DNA from: Gemmatimonadales bacterium
GTDB taxonomy: Bacteria > Gemmatimonadota > Gemmatimonadetes > Gemmatimonadales > GWC2-71-9
NCBI GenBank assembly: GCA_036559745.1
Contig: DATBSO010000043.1
Location: 1,833-65,832 of the forward strand
DNA length: 64,000 bases
Direction of reading: 5' to 3'
In this document: positions 55,608-63,038 of the stretch, in pieces
How positions within the stretch are numbered: position 1 is the stretch's first letter
Layout of the letters: each line of letters starts with the position of its first letter
Program-made: the position numbers and the translations under genes
The notes under the pieces: generated by a model
Told to the model about the DNA's origin: nothing
The model's input: only the letters and a program-made list of their open reading frames with translations
Database searches by the model: none

Positions 55608-55631
55608 ATACTGAACCACATGGTTCAGTAT
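55608..55631. promoter_or_regulatory. perfect inverted repeat ATACTGAACC-ACAT-GGTTCAGTAT, candidate ArsR operator
   Basis: Read directly. The palindrome is centred on the ATG (55620) of the ArsR-family gene. Confidence 0.55.
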
Positions 55632-55985
55632 TTCCCAAACCACTTCGATGCCTCGTTCGGCGCGCTCTCGGACGCCACCCGACGCGGCGTTCTGGAGCAA
55701 CTCGGGCGTGCGGACGCTTCGATCACGGCCCTTGCCGAGAGGTTCCACATGACCCTCACGGGCATGAAGAAACATGTAGGCGTCTTGGAGCAAGCGGGGC
55801 TCGTCACCACGGAGAAGGTCGGGCGCGTGCGAACCTGTAGGCTCGGCCGCCGCGGACTGCAAGAAGAGGCGGCATGGATCGAGAGGTACCGCCAGCTCTG
55901 GAGCGCACGCTTCGACGAGTTGGACAACGTTGTCGAGGAATTAACACGGAAGGAGAGAGTCGATGCACGAAAGAAGAGAACGTGA
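55620..55985 (+). CDS. ArsR/SmtB-family transcriptional regulator
   Basis: LSDATRRGVLEQLGRADASITALAERFHMTLTGMKKHVGVLEQAGLVTTEKVGRVRTCRL is a typical ArsR wHTH. Start at the internal ATG 55620. Confidence 0.85.
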   Translation: MVQYFPNHFDASFGALSDATRRGVLEQLGRADASITALAERFHMTLTGMKKHVGVLEQAGLVTTEKVGRVRTCRLGRRGLQEEAAWIERYRQLWSARFDELDNVVEELTRKERVDARKKRT

Positions 55986-56472
55986 GGCCCCCCCCACGAA
56001 GAACGACACGACGGTGGAACGGAAGTCCGAGCTCGAACTCGTCGTCACACGAACCGTAAACGGTCCTGCGCGCCTCGTGTTCGAGGCGTGGACCAAGGCA
56101 GAGCTATTCAGGAGGTGGTGGGTACCAAAGTCGTATGGGCTGACCCTGCTTTCCTGCGAAATGGATGTTCGCGTTGGGGGGCAGTATCGCTTGGTGTTTC
56201 CCCACGAAGATTCGACGATGGAGTTCTTCGGCACGTACCTCGAAGTGACACCGCACTCACGCCTCGTGTGGACCAATGAGGAAGGAGACGACGGCACGAC
56301 CATCACCACGGTGACCTTCGAGGAAAACGCCGGCAAGACGTTGTTGGTCGTGCACGATCTCTATCCCTCGAAGGAAGCGCTTGACTCCGGATCGATGGGC
56401 GCGATGCCCGAGGCGCTCGACCAACTCGACGAGCTTCTCGCCAGCCTGGGATCAAGCAAGGAGACCAGATGA
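55963..56472 (+). CDS. SRPBCC-superfamily protein (Aha1/AHSA1-like)
   Basis: [28 protein letters not shown] ... GGQYRLVF ... [27 protein letters not shown] is present. This is the usual partner of small ArsR regulators. Confidence 0.8.
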   Translation: MHERREREAPPTKNDTTVERKSELELVVTRTVNGPARLVFEAWTKAELFRRWWVPKSYGLTLLSCEMDVRVGGQYRLVFPHEDSTMEFFGTYLEVTPHSRLVWTNEEGDDGTTITTVTFEENAGKTLLVVHDLYPSKEALDSGSMGAMPEALDQLDELLASLGSSKETR

Positions 56473-57362
56473 CGCAGCCAATCCATCACACAAACGCTTC
56501 CGGGCGGCGTTCAGCAGTGCGGAAGACAACTTTCCTTTTAATGACGCTCGTTACGACTGACGTGTCGGCGCAGCAGAAGTCAACGACGGGCTACGCGCCA
56601 GTCAATGGACTCAACATGTACTACGAAGTCCACGGCGCCGGCAAACCGGTGGTGTTGCTTCACGGCGCGTTCATGACCATCACCAACAACTGGGCCGGGT
56701 GGATCAGCGAGCTCTCCAAAACACGGAAAGTCATTGCCGTCGAAATGCAGGGTCACGGCCGCACGGCGGACGTCCCACGAGCTATCACCTACGAAAACCT
56801 CGCCGCCGACGTAGCCGCACTGCTCAATTATCTCAAGATCCCGCGAGCGGACCTTATCGGCTACAGCATGGGCGGAGCCGTGGCGATGCAGTGTGCGATC
56901 CGCCATCCGGACAAAGTGCGAAGGGCAGTCATCATTTCGTCCACGTTCCGCAGTGACGGCATGATCGCGGAAGGGCTCGAAGCTATCCAGAAACTCACGG
57001 CGGACGCTTTCACAGGCTCGCCCATTGAGGCCGAGTACCAGAAGCTGAGTCCGACTCCGGACGACTTTCCGAACTTCGTCCAGCGAATCGTCGCCACGGC
57101 CTCGAACGGGTACGACTTCGGAGCCGACAAGCTTAAGGCCACCACGACGCCCATGTTCTTCATTCACGGCGACGCCGACGGCGTGCGGCTCGCGCACGTC
57201 GCGGAAATGTTTCGCCTAAAGGGTGGCGAGATCCACGGCGACATGAAGCCGCGCTCCGCATCGCGATTGGCCATCTTGCCCAACACCACTCACGTGACAT
57301 TGATGCAGCGCATGCCCATCATCGTCCCAATGGTGAACGACTTTCTCGACGCAAAGCCGTAG
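56469..57362 (+). CDS. alpha/beta hydrolase
   Basis: VVLLHGAF, nucleophile elbow GYSMGG, and IHGDADG. The start overlaps the SRPBCC stop (ATGA). Confidence 0.85.
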   Translation: MTQPIHHTNASGRRSAVRKTTFLLMTLVTTDVSAQQKSTTGYAPVNGLNMYYEVHGAGKPVVLLHGAFMTITNNWAGWISELSKTRKVIAVEMQGHGRTADVPRAITYENLAADVAALLNYLKIPRADLIGYSMGGAVAMQCAIRHPDKVRRAVIISSTFRSDGMIAEGLEAIQKLTADAFTGSPIEAEYQKLSPTPDDFPNFVQRIVATASNGYDFGADKLKATTTPMFFIHGDADGVRLAHVAEMFRLKGGEIHGDMKPRSASRLAILPNTTHVTLMQRMPIIVPMVNDFLDAKP

Positions 57363-57407
57363 CCATGCTGCGGTCCCGTGGCAGAAGTGGTCCCGTCTTT
57401 CTGTACG

Positions 57408-57547
57408 GTCTGAGCGGGGGGAAGTCAGCTGCAGGCGATCATACTCGCGCCCGCACAAACTGTCGTTCCTTCGCGCCCTCGACGGAGCGTACCGCCCGAG
57501 CGGAGCCTTGCGCGCTTCGGCCTGTCGGCTGCATTTGCGGGTTAGGC
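57408..57547 (-). repeat. attC-like repeat C (type 1, proximal box degenerate GTCTGAG)
   Basis: ...AAGTCAGCTGCAGGCGATCATACTCGCGCCCGCAC ... CCTGTCGGCTGCATTTGCGGGTTAGGC. Confidence 0.65.
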
Positions 57548-57565
57548 CGCGGCCGGCTCCGGTCT

Positions 57566-57766
57566 TCACGCGCGGCGAGGCGTAGCTCGTATCAGCCTCA
57601 GTGCCCAGACGCTGAGTCCACCAGCCAGAAGGAGGCCGAGCCAGGAGGCCCAAAGGGGCACTGCGTAGCCCGCGAGGTCCACCGGCCAGTGACGGAAGAG
57701 CCGAAGCAGATGACCTACGGCAATCAGCCCAAACAGCGTGCCAGAGATCTGTAAGTAGGTTCGCAT
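57566..57766 (-). CDS. small 2-TM membrane protein (cassette ORF)
   Basis: MRTYLQISGTLFGLIAVGHLLRLF...LWASWLGLLLAGGLSVWAL, with SD GAGGAG upstream of the ATG at 57766. Confidence 0.5.
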   Translation of the reverse strand: MRTYLQISGTLFGLIAVGHLLRLFRHWPVDLAGYAVPLWASWLGLLLAGGLSVWALRLIRATPRRA

Positions 57767-57820
57767 AGCAATCTCCTCTACTCGCCCAATACCACTGCGC
57801 ACTGCACGTCGCTGGGTGCG

Positions 57821-57963
57821 GACTAACGAAGTGCAAATCAGCTGCAGGCGACCATACTGACGCCCACACGAATCAACGCTTCCATTGCTTGGCCGCCGGG
57901 AGCGCAGTGCCCGCTAGGAGGGCCGACCGACGTCGGCCTGTCGGCTCCATTTGCCGGTTAGGC
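57821..57963 (-). repeat. attC-like repeat D (type 1)
   Basis: GACTAAC-GAAGT-GCAAATCAGCTGCAGGCGACCATACTGACGCCCACAC ... CCTGTCGGCTCCATTTGCCGGTTAGGC. The VOC stop codon TAA lies inside the distal box. Confidence 0.7.
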
Positions 57964-58458
57964 GGCGCCCTGCGCGACCCGCGACCACTCAGCCCACGAG
58001 ACCACCCCCAGCTCAGGCCTCGGCGGCCCTGGAAGACGCGCCACCAGCTCCACGACGTGAGCGTCAGGGTCGTCAAAGTAGATCGACGCAGCCGGTATGA
58101 AGCCAAACACCGAGGGCACCGTAGTCCGTTGCTGAAAGAAGTCGCGACACTCGGTGCCTCGCTGGTCGAGCCGTGCTACCAGTGCCGTGAGCTCCGGCAG
58201 TCCCACCTCGAACGCAAAATGCTGCGTGTGAATGCGATGGCGGTCACGCTCCCACAAGCCCAGCAGGGCATGGCCCTGACCACCGACCCAGAGGAAGGCG
58301 AAGCGGCGTGCACCGCGACTGTGCGCATCGACGCGCGCGGCATCCACCTCTCGCCGTAGGGCGAGCGCGAGCCCCAGCTCCGTCCCGTAGAACTCCACGG
58401 AGCGGTCCAGGTCCATGACGTCCACATGAGTTTCGAACACGCCGCGGATCACGCCCAT
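57958..58458 (-). CDS. VOC/glyoxalase-family protein (cassette ORF)
   Basis: THVDVMDLDRSVEFYGTELGL ... HFAFEV ... YFDDPDAHVVEL are the VOC beta-alpha-beta-beta-beta signatures. Confidence 0.8.
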   Translation of the reverse strand: MGVIRGVFETHVDVMDLDRSVEFYGTELGLALALRREVDAARVDAHSRGARRFAFLWVGGQGHALLGLWERDRHRIHTQHFAFEVGLPELTALVARLDQRGTECRDFFQQRTTVPSVFGFIPAASIYFDDPDAHVVELVARLPGPPRPELGVVSWAEWSRVAQGAA

Positions 58459-58523
58459 TCCTGGTTGCGAGATGCTCTGCCCCGACAGACAAGTTCCGCG
58501 ATTACGTGAGCCTCGTGGTGTCG

Positions 58524-58661
58524 GCTTAACGAAATGCGCATCAGCGGCGGGCGATCATGGTAGCGCCCGCACTACCTACGTGCCGCTGACCTCCAACGGG
58601 GGTCAGCGCCCGAATGGAGTTCGGGACGGTCCCGCCCGTCGGCTGCATGCGCTTGTTAGAC
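58524..58661 (-). repeat. attC-like repeat E (type 1)
   Basis: GCTTAAC-GAAAT-GCGCATCAGCGGCGGGCGATCATGGTAGCGCCCGCAC ... CCGTCGGCTGCATGCGCTTGTTAGAC. The internal hairpin is GCTGACC/GGTCAGC. Confidence 0.7.
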
Positions 58662-58675
58662 TGCGTCCTGCACGA

Positions 58676-58906
58676 TCACCGAAAAAGGTGACCTAGCTCC
58701 CGCTTGAACTCCGCCTTCCGGGCCTCAGGAGTGCCGTCCTCCAGACCCTTGCACTTATGAGCTGCATGCGCGTCCCAGCCCTCCGGCCACATCGTGAACT
58801 CCTTCTCCATACAGGCTGGGCACAGCACACGCTTGTGTGCCAAGTCTGAGGGAGTGAGCACCGCGGCGTTCAGAATTGTGCCGTTTCTGCTGAGTTGCGG
58901 CTTCAT
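58676..58906 (-). CDS. small Cys/His-containing hypothetical protein (cassette ORF)
   Basis: 76 aa with CPAC ... HAAHKC spacing, possibly a zinc-binding knuckle. No family was recognised. Confidence 0.45.
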   Translation of the reverse strand: MKPQLSRNGTILNAAVLTPSDLAHKRVLCPACMEKEFTMWPEGWDAHAAHKCKGLEDGTPEARKAEFKRELGHLFR

Positions 58907-58940
58907 TCGGCGACTAGCCTCTCAGGGATCCTTTGGCGCT

Positions 58941-58968
58941 GTCTAACGCACCGCGCGCGATGTTCGCC
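58941..58968 (-). repeat. mini attC remnant K
   Basis: GTCTAAC-GCACC-GCGCGCGAT-GTTCGCC, starting 2 nt downstream of the DUF4440 gene stop. Same architecture as remnant B. Confidence 0.4.
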
Positions 58969-58969
58969 C

Positions 58970-59377
58970 TCAGGAGTCGGCGGCAGTCGCATGCGACCAC
59001 ACCACCTGCCATTGCATCCCGTGCCGCTCGTATAGATCGGTATGCCAATACCGCTGACGCGGAATGTGGCGGACCTGCACGATGATTTCGAGCTCTGACC
59101 GGTACCGGATCACCGCGACATTTCCGTAGAGGCGAACCGCGATCGATTCAGGCTCCCAGTACAGGTAATGAATCTGCCCGGCGCTGATGCCACCTAGGTA
59201 CTGCTCTCTCGAGAGCGCCCCGCCCAGAGGGTTGATGAGTTGAAAGTCCTCGGAGTGCAGCTGTTCCGCTCGACCAACATCACCAGTGACCAGCGCATGG
59301 AGTCGCTCGCGCTCGGTCGAGCGGAGGAGCTCCATGTCCCGATCCTCGGCAACCGGGGTCCGATCCGAGCTGGTCAT
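58970..59377 (-). CDS. DUF4440/SnoaL-like (NTF2-fold) protein (cassette ORF)
   Basis: LHALVTGDVGRAEQLHSEDFQLINPLGGALSREQYL ... WHTDLYERHGMQWQVVWSHAT. SD GGGAGG is present. Confidence 0.75.
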   Translation of the reverse strand: MTSSDRTPVAEDRDMELLRSTERERLHALVTGDVGRAEQLHSEDFQLINPLGGALSREQYLGGISAGQIHYLYWEPESIAVRLYGNVAVIRYRSELEIIVQVRHIPRQRYWHTDLYERHGMQWQVVWSHATAADS

Positions 59378-59409
59378 GATGGCACCTCCCGGAACTCAAT
59401 AGCGAGGCT

Positions 59410-59533
59410 GCCTAACCTGCAAATCAGCTGCAAGCGACTTGTGAGAACCTACGTTCCTTAGCGCGCCATCGGAGCGTCGTGTGACCAGGAGCCCAAACGC
59501 TTCGCGCTTGTCGGCTGCATGTGCGGGTTAGGC
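59410..59533 (-). repeat. attC-like repeat F (type 2)
   Basis: GCCTAAC-CTGCAAATCAGCTGCAAGCGACTTGTGAGAACCTACGTTCC ... CCATCGG ... GCGCTTGTCGGCTGCATGTGCGGGTTAGGC (124 nt, counted). Confidence 0.7.
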
Positions 59534-59946
59534 AGCACGCGCGACGAGCCCACCCGTTTTGCCGGCTCCACGCTTTGCGCGCTGAGGCGTACGGCACCGG
59601 GTGACGAGCGCTGGGCAGCCCTTGACCATCAATGCACTGCCGTGAAAGGACAGCGGCAACACCTCCAAGCTGGAGGACCATTGCTTGAAATGAAAGCGCC
59701 CCCAGGAACGGCCGTGAATCGCTTGAGTCGGGGCGAGATGAATGGCACAGAGCGCGGATCATAGGTACCCTGGGTGGCTCTCCGAGGTGATCCGCGAGGT
59801 CCATGAGGATCTCTTAACGGCCGACTCACGGTCCGTTCGTGCATTGGGGTGCAATTTCTCTGTGTCCGCCACAAGCCTACGAAAGCCGGTGCTGCTATTT
59901 GGCTTGTGGGTGGCGCTCTGACGTACTTTCCCGGATCCGAGGACGT

Positions 59947-60999
59947 ATGAGATACCATTTCCTATTGCCCGGCCTGCTGACACTCGGCGCGTTTGGGCTG
60001 GCTGGCTGCGGTGAAGAGACCACCCAGCCGAACACGGCGGTGGATCAACCGAGCGCCCCACAGCTCGCCGTCACCTCGAACACTTGGCTCGACCGGCGCG
60101 AAATGCCTTTTGACCTAATATCCCAGGCCGCTGCTGTTGTGCCCAACGCAGCAGGCCAATCCATGCTCTACGCCATTGGGGGGCAAAAGCCAGACCGCGC
60201 GCCCGAGGGGGACGTGCCGATGGGCGAGGTGCGGGCCTACAATGTTGCGACCGACACCTGGACCAGCAAACGGGACATGCCTGCTGCCCGCTATGGGATG
60301 AGCGTCGGGGTCATTGGCGGGAAGATCTATGTAGCCGGAGGGTTTGCCAACGGGTACCGACCGAGCGCGTCGGTCTTCGTCTATGATCCCGCGTCCAATG
60401 CCTGGACCCGGAAGCGAGACATGCCGGAAGCTAGCCGCGGTGGCCCGACGGGAGTCATCGAAGGCAAACTCTACGTGGTCACGTTCAATCGGATCCTGGA
60501 AGCGGTCCCCCACTTCTTCCGGTACAATCCGACCACGGATTCCTGGACCAAGCTCCCGAGCCCTACCAATTACCCCCTGCTGGGAGGGGGCGGGGGCGTA
60601 ATCAACAAGAAGTTGTATCTCATCGGTGCCGACCGGCAGTCCAATCAGTCCAAGGTACTGGAGTACGACCCGATCACCAACAAGTGGACGAAGAAGCAAT
60701 CGTGGCCTGGCCCGTCCTGTCTGCCCTACTCCTGTTACCTCGAGGGTCCGACGGTGGTCATGCTCTCTCACCTGTACGTGTTCGGCAGGGAGTGGAGGTA
60801 TGGGGGGTGGAGGGACTCTTTTGGCATCTTCATCTATGACCCGGTCAGCAATACCTGGGCAAGAAAGCCTGGGGTCATCCCGTTGGCCTACCCGAACGTA
60901 AGCGACTTTGCGGCAGCCCGCGTGTCTCTGAATGGAGAACCTCGGGTCGAGCTGATCGGGGGCTACCGTCCCTACAACAATGTGCAGTACATCCCATAG
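59947..60999 (+). CDS. Kelch-repeat beta-propeller lipoprotein (reverse-oriented relative to the array)
   Basis: Lipobox GLAGC at the start MRYHFLLPGLLTLGAFGLAGC. Repeated units follow the pattern ...GGKIYVAGG...VYDPASNAWT... Confidence 0.75.
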   Translation: MRYHFLLPGLLTLGAFGLAGCGEETTQPNTAVDQPSAPQLAVTSNTWLDRREMPFDLISQAAAVVPNAAGQSMLYAIGGQKPDRAPEGDVPMGEVRAYNVATDTWTSKRDMPAARYGMSVGVIGGKIYVAGGFANGYRPSASVFVYDPASNAWTRKRDMPEASRGGPTGVIEGKLYVVTFNRILEAVPHFFRYNPTTDSWTKLPSPTNYPLLGGGGGVINKKLYLIGADRQSNQSKVLEYDPITNKWTKKQSWPGPSCLPYSCYLEGPTVVMLSHLYVFGREWRYGGWRDSFGIFIYDPVSNTWARKPGVIPLAYPNVSDFAAARVSLNGEPRVELIGGYRPYNNVQYIP

Positions 61000-61049
61000 C
61001 GTGCGCATGGGCTGTTCGTGTGGGCCTGGTCATGACGCCGTTTGCCCAG

Positions 61050-61075
61050 GCCTAGCGACTCGCACGATACTGCTC
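61050..61075 (-). repeat. isolated attC arm remnant G-prime
   Basis: GCCTAGC-GACTC-GCACGATACTGC matches only the proximal arm. No partner arm is present, and it lies 57 nt from repeat G. Confidence 0.35.
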
Positions 61076-61131
61076 CCGACTGTCGTCTCCTACCCATGGG
61101 GCTCCACGAATCGGCGGGGTGGTGGCGTGCC

Positions 61132-61271
61132 GCCTAACGACCTGCGCATCAGCTGCAGGCGATCATGGTTCCGCCCGCACAATTCTACGTGGCACTGATC
61201 GCCACCGGCGATCAGTGCCCGCACGAAAGGTTCCGCCCCATCGGCCTGTCGGCTGCATGCGCGGGTTAGGC
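61132..61271 (-). repeat. attC-like repeat G (type 1, best-preserved; 140 nt)
   Basis: GCCTAAC-GACCT-GCGCATCAGCTGCAGGCGATCATGGTTCCGCCCGCAC ... GCACTGATCGCC-ACC-GGCGATCAGTGC (internal 12-bp hairpin) ... CCTGTCGGCTGCATGCGCGGGTTAGGC. The methyltransferase stop TAA lies inside the distal box. Confidence 0.75.
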
Positions 61272-61916
61272 GGCAGCGGCTCGGGTGTAGACGCCTGCGT
61301 ACCAGACCGCGCTCTGGGCTTGAAAGATCCGGTCGAATCCAGCGGCTCGCACAAGCGCCTCCATTCGATCCGGCGAATGCACAAACACCCTGAACTGGCT
61401 TCCGCGGAGTTCTCGCACCGCATTCTGCAGCGTGGTCACGGCACGGATGCCCCAGCGCGCGCGGGGGTAGCTGTACGCGAAGAGTCGCTGCGCCTTCCCC
61501 AAGGCGATCTGCAGCAGGCCCTCGTACTCAGGATCACAACAGACCACCCGATCCATCGTGACCACATCGACGACCGGCAAACTGTCAGCCGCGTGGCGCA
61601 CTTCGGCGTTGATGAACTCGACCCGTCCCGTGTGACCTCGGCGCTCGGCCTCCTCGGCGGCTGCCTGCAGAAACGCGCCGGAGGGCTCCACCTCCCACGC
61701 GCGGCTCACTCCGCGAGCCAACAGCTCGTGATGGAGCACGCCGACCCCCCCGCCGATGTCCAAGAGCGTCGCTGCGGCTGGAAGGCTCGCCTCCAGCCCG
61801 CGGAGCATGAGCGCAGTCGCCGGGAGCGGTCCTCGCCGACGGTAGCGGCGGAGATCGGCTGCGGCCCGTTTACGGCCAAACTGCTGGTCGAGCACCGGGG
61901 CCCCACAGCAGTCCAT
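61266..61916 (-). CDS. class I SAM-dependent methyltransferase (cassette ORF)
   Basis: Motif I is LLDIGGGVGVLHHELL. Start at ATG 61916 with SD GGAGGG; the longer track ORF runs into attC H. Confidence 0.8.
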   Translation of the reverse strand: MDCCGAPVLDQQFGRKRAAADLRRYRRRGPLPATALMLRGLEASLPAAATLLDIGGGVGVLHHELLARGVSRAWEVEPSGAFLQAAAEEAERRGHTGRVEFINAEVRHAADSLPVVDVVTMDRVVCCDPEYEGLLQIALGKAQRLFAYSYPRARWGIRAVTTLQNAVRELRGSQFRVFVHSPDRMEALVRAAGFDRIFQAQSAVWYAGVYTRAAAA

Positions 61917-61943
61917 TGCGCCCTCCACAATGCTGGTGCTGCC

Positions 61944-62081
61944 GCCTAACGCACTGCGCATTAGCTGCAAGCGCCTCGCTCGCTTATGCACTCCCCTACG
62001 TTCCTTTGAACTGCCATCGGAGCGTGGCAATCGACTGACCTGCGTGTGGACGTGCTTGTCGGCTGCATGAGCTTGTTAGGC
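61944..62081 (-). repeat. attC-like repeat H (type 2)
   Basis: GCCTAAC-GCACT-GCGCATTAGCTGCAAGCGCCTCGCTCGCTTATGC ... CTACGTTCC ... CCATCGG ... GTGCTTGTCGGCTGCATGAGCTTGTTAGGC. The DUF998 stop TAA lies inside the distal box. Confidence 0.75.
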
Positions 62082-62741
62082 GGCAGCTTGGGGCGCCGGT
62101 CTCTGGCCCGCTACGGCAGCACCGAAACCAAGCAGGCGTATAGCCATCATCTCTATCCAAACAAACAGCAACAGGAGCCAGAGCCGCTGCCGTAGCGGTC
62201 CCGACATTCCGATTCCGCTGAGTTCGGAGATCAGCCATGCGGAAGCTGGAAGCACGAGGGTTGCCGCCGCTAATGACCGCCAAGCAGGATCCCTTACCAT
62301 GCGAGGATAAAGCGTGAACGGGCCAAGTACCGCCGCCAGGAAAATCACATCGCCCAGGAGCAAGTGCATTCGATGGTGCAGGGATGGCGTCGCCGCTTGG
62401 CATCCAGGATCGCATGAGGCAAACGCCAGGGCAATGTAGGCCAAGCCGTACACGACGAGAACGCTCGGGCCGAGCCATCCTCCTACATCTGAACGGATTC
62501 CTCGGTGCACTGCCAGCGCAAATGCCACCATCAGGACGCCGTACGGGAGGAAACCCGCAAAGTTCATGATCGTCGCACTAGGAGCATCGGTCGCACCCAG
62601 TTCGCTGATGGCGTTCTTGAGATGGTGGTACCCTGGGTACTTCAGGCTCGCAGCAATCGCGGCCGCCGCATACACAAAGGGCGCCACCATGCCGCATGCT
62701 GCGAGTAATACCGACCGACTCTGGGGAACGGTGCTGGCCAT
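62076..62741 (-). CDS. DUF998-like polytopic membrane protein (cassette ORF)
   Basis: About 6 TM helices (MASTVPQSRSVLLAACGMVAPFVYAAAAIAASLKYPGYHHLKNAISELG...). SD GGGAGG precedes the ATG at 62741. The family call is tentative. Confidence 0.6.
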   Translation of the reverse strand: MASTVPQSRSVLLAACGMVAPFVYAAAAIAASLKYPGYHHLKNAISELGATDAPSATIMNFAGFLPYGVLMVAFALAVHRGIRSDVGGWLGPSVLVVYGLAYIALAFASCDPGCQAATPSLHHRMHLLLGDVIFLAAVLGPFTLYPRMVRDPAWRSLAAATLVLPASAWLISELSGIGMSGPLRQRLWLLLLFVWIEMMAIRLLGFGAAVAGQRPAPQAAA

Positions 62742-62762
62742 AGCAGCCTCCCGGGTGCTTCC

Positions 62763-62900
62763 GCCTAACGACTTGCGCATCATCTGCAAGCGACTCGCTC
62801 GCGCATGCAGCAACCCTACGTTCCGCCGCCGCCATCGGCGGGTGGCGGCGCTGGAAAACTCAACCCGGAAGCGCTTGTCGGCCGCATGCGCTCGTTAGGT
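62763..62900 (-). repeat. attC-like repeat I (type 2)
   Basis: GCCTAAC-GACTT-GCGCATCATCTGCAAGCGACTCGCTCGCGCATGC ... CTACGTTCC ... CCATCGG ... GCGCTTGTCGGCCGCATGCGCTCGTTAGGT. Confidence 0.75.
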
Positions 62901-62902
62901 AG

Positions 62903-63015
62903 CGCCGGATTAGGTTCCGAAATGAAGCTTCCACAACCGTTATCTCCACGACGTACGACCGCCACTATCGGAGTTCAGTTCGGACGCGCTTGTCGGCTGC
63001 ATACGCTGGTTAGGC
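62903..63015 (-). repeat. attC-like repeat J (type 2, one arm degenerate or lost)
   Basis: ...CGTACGACCGCCACTATCGG ... GCGCTTGTCGGCTGCATACGCTGGTTAGGC. It abuts repeat I with no ORF between them. Confidence 0.55.
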
Positions 63016-63038
63016 GGCAGTTGGCGCGTGGGCGAAAA

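Noticed and set aside
52710-63015. Whether the spaced repeats could be a CRISPR array
   Set aside because: The repeats are ~125-145 nt imperfect palindromes that are not identical to one another. They are separated by 0.4-3.3 kb of protein-coding DNA rather than ~30-nt spacers, and no cas genes are present.
52710-63015. Whether the repeats are MITEs or REP elements rather than attC sites
   Set aside because: This is not fully excluded, but it is disfavoured. The termini match RYYYAAC/GTTRRRY exactly. The copies share one orientation and sit directly after the stop codons of single promoterless ORFs. No target-site duplications were seen. Genome-wide distribution would settle it.
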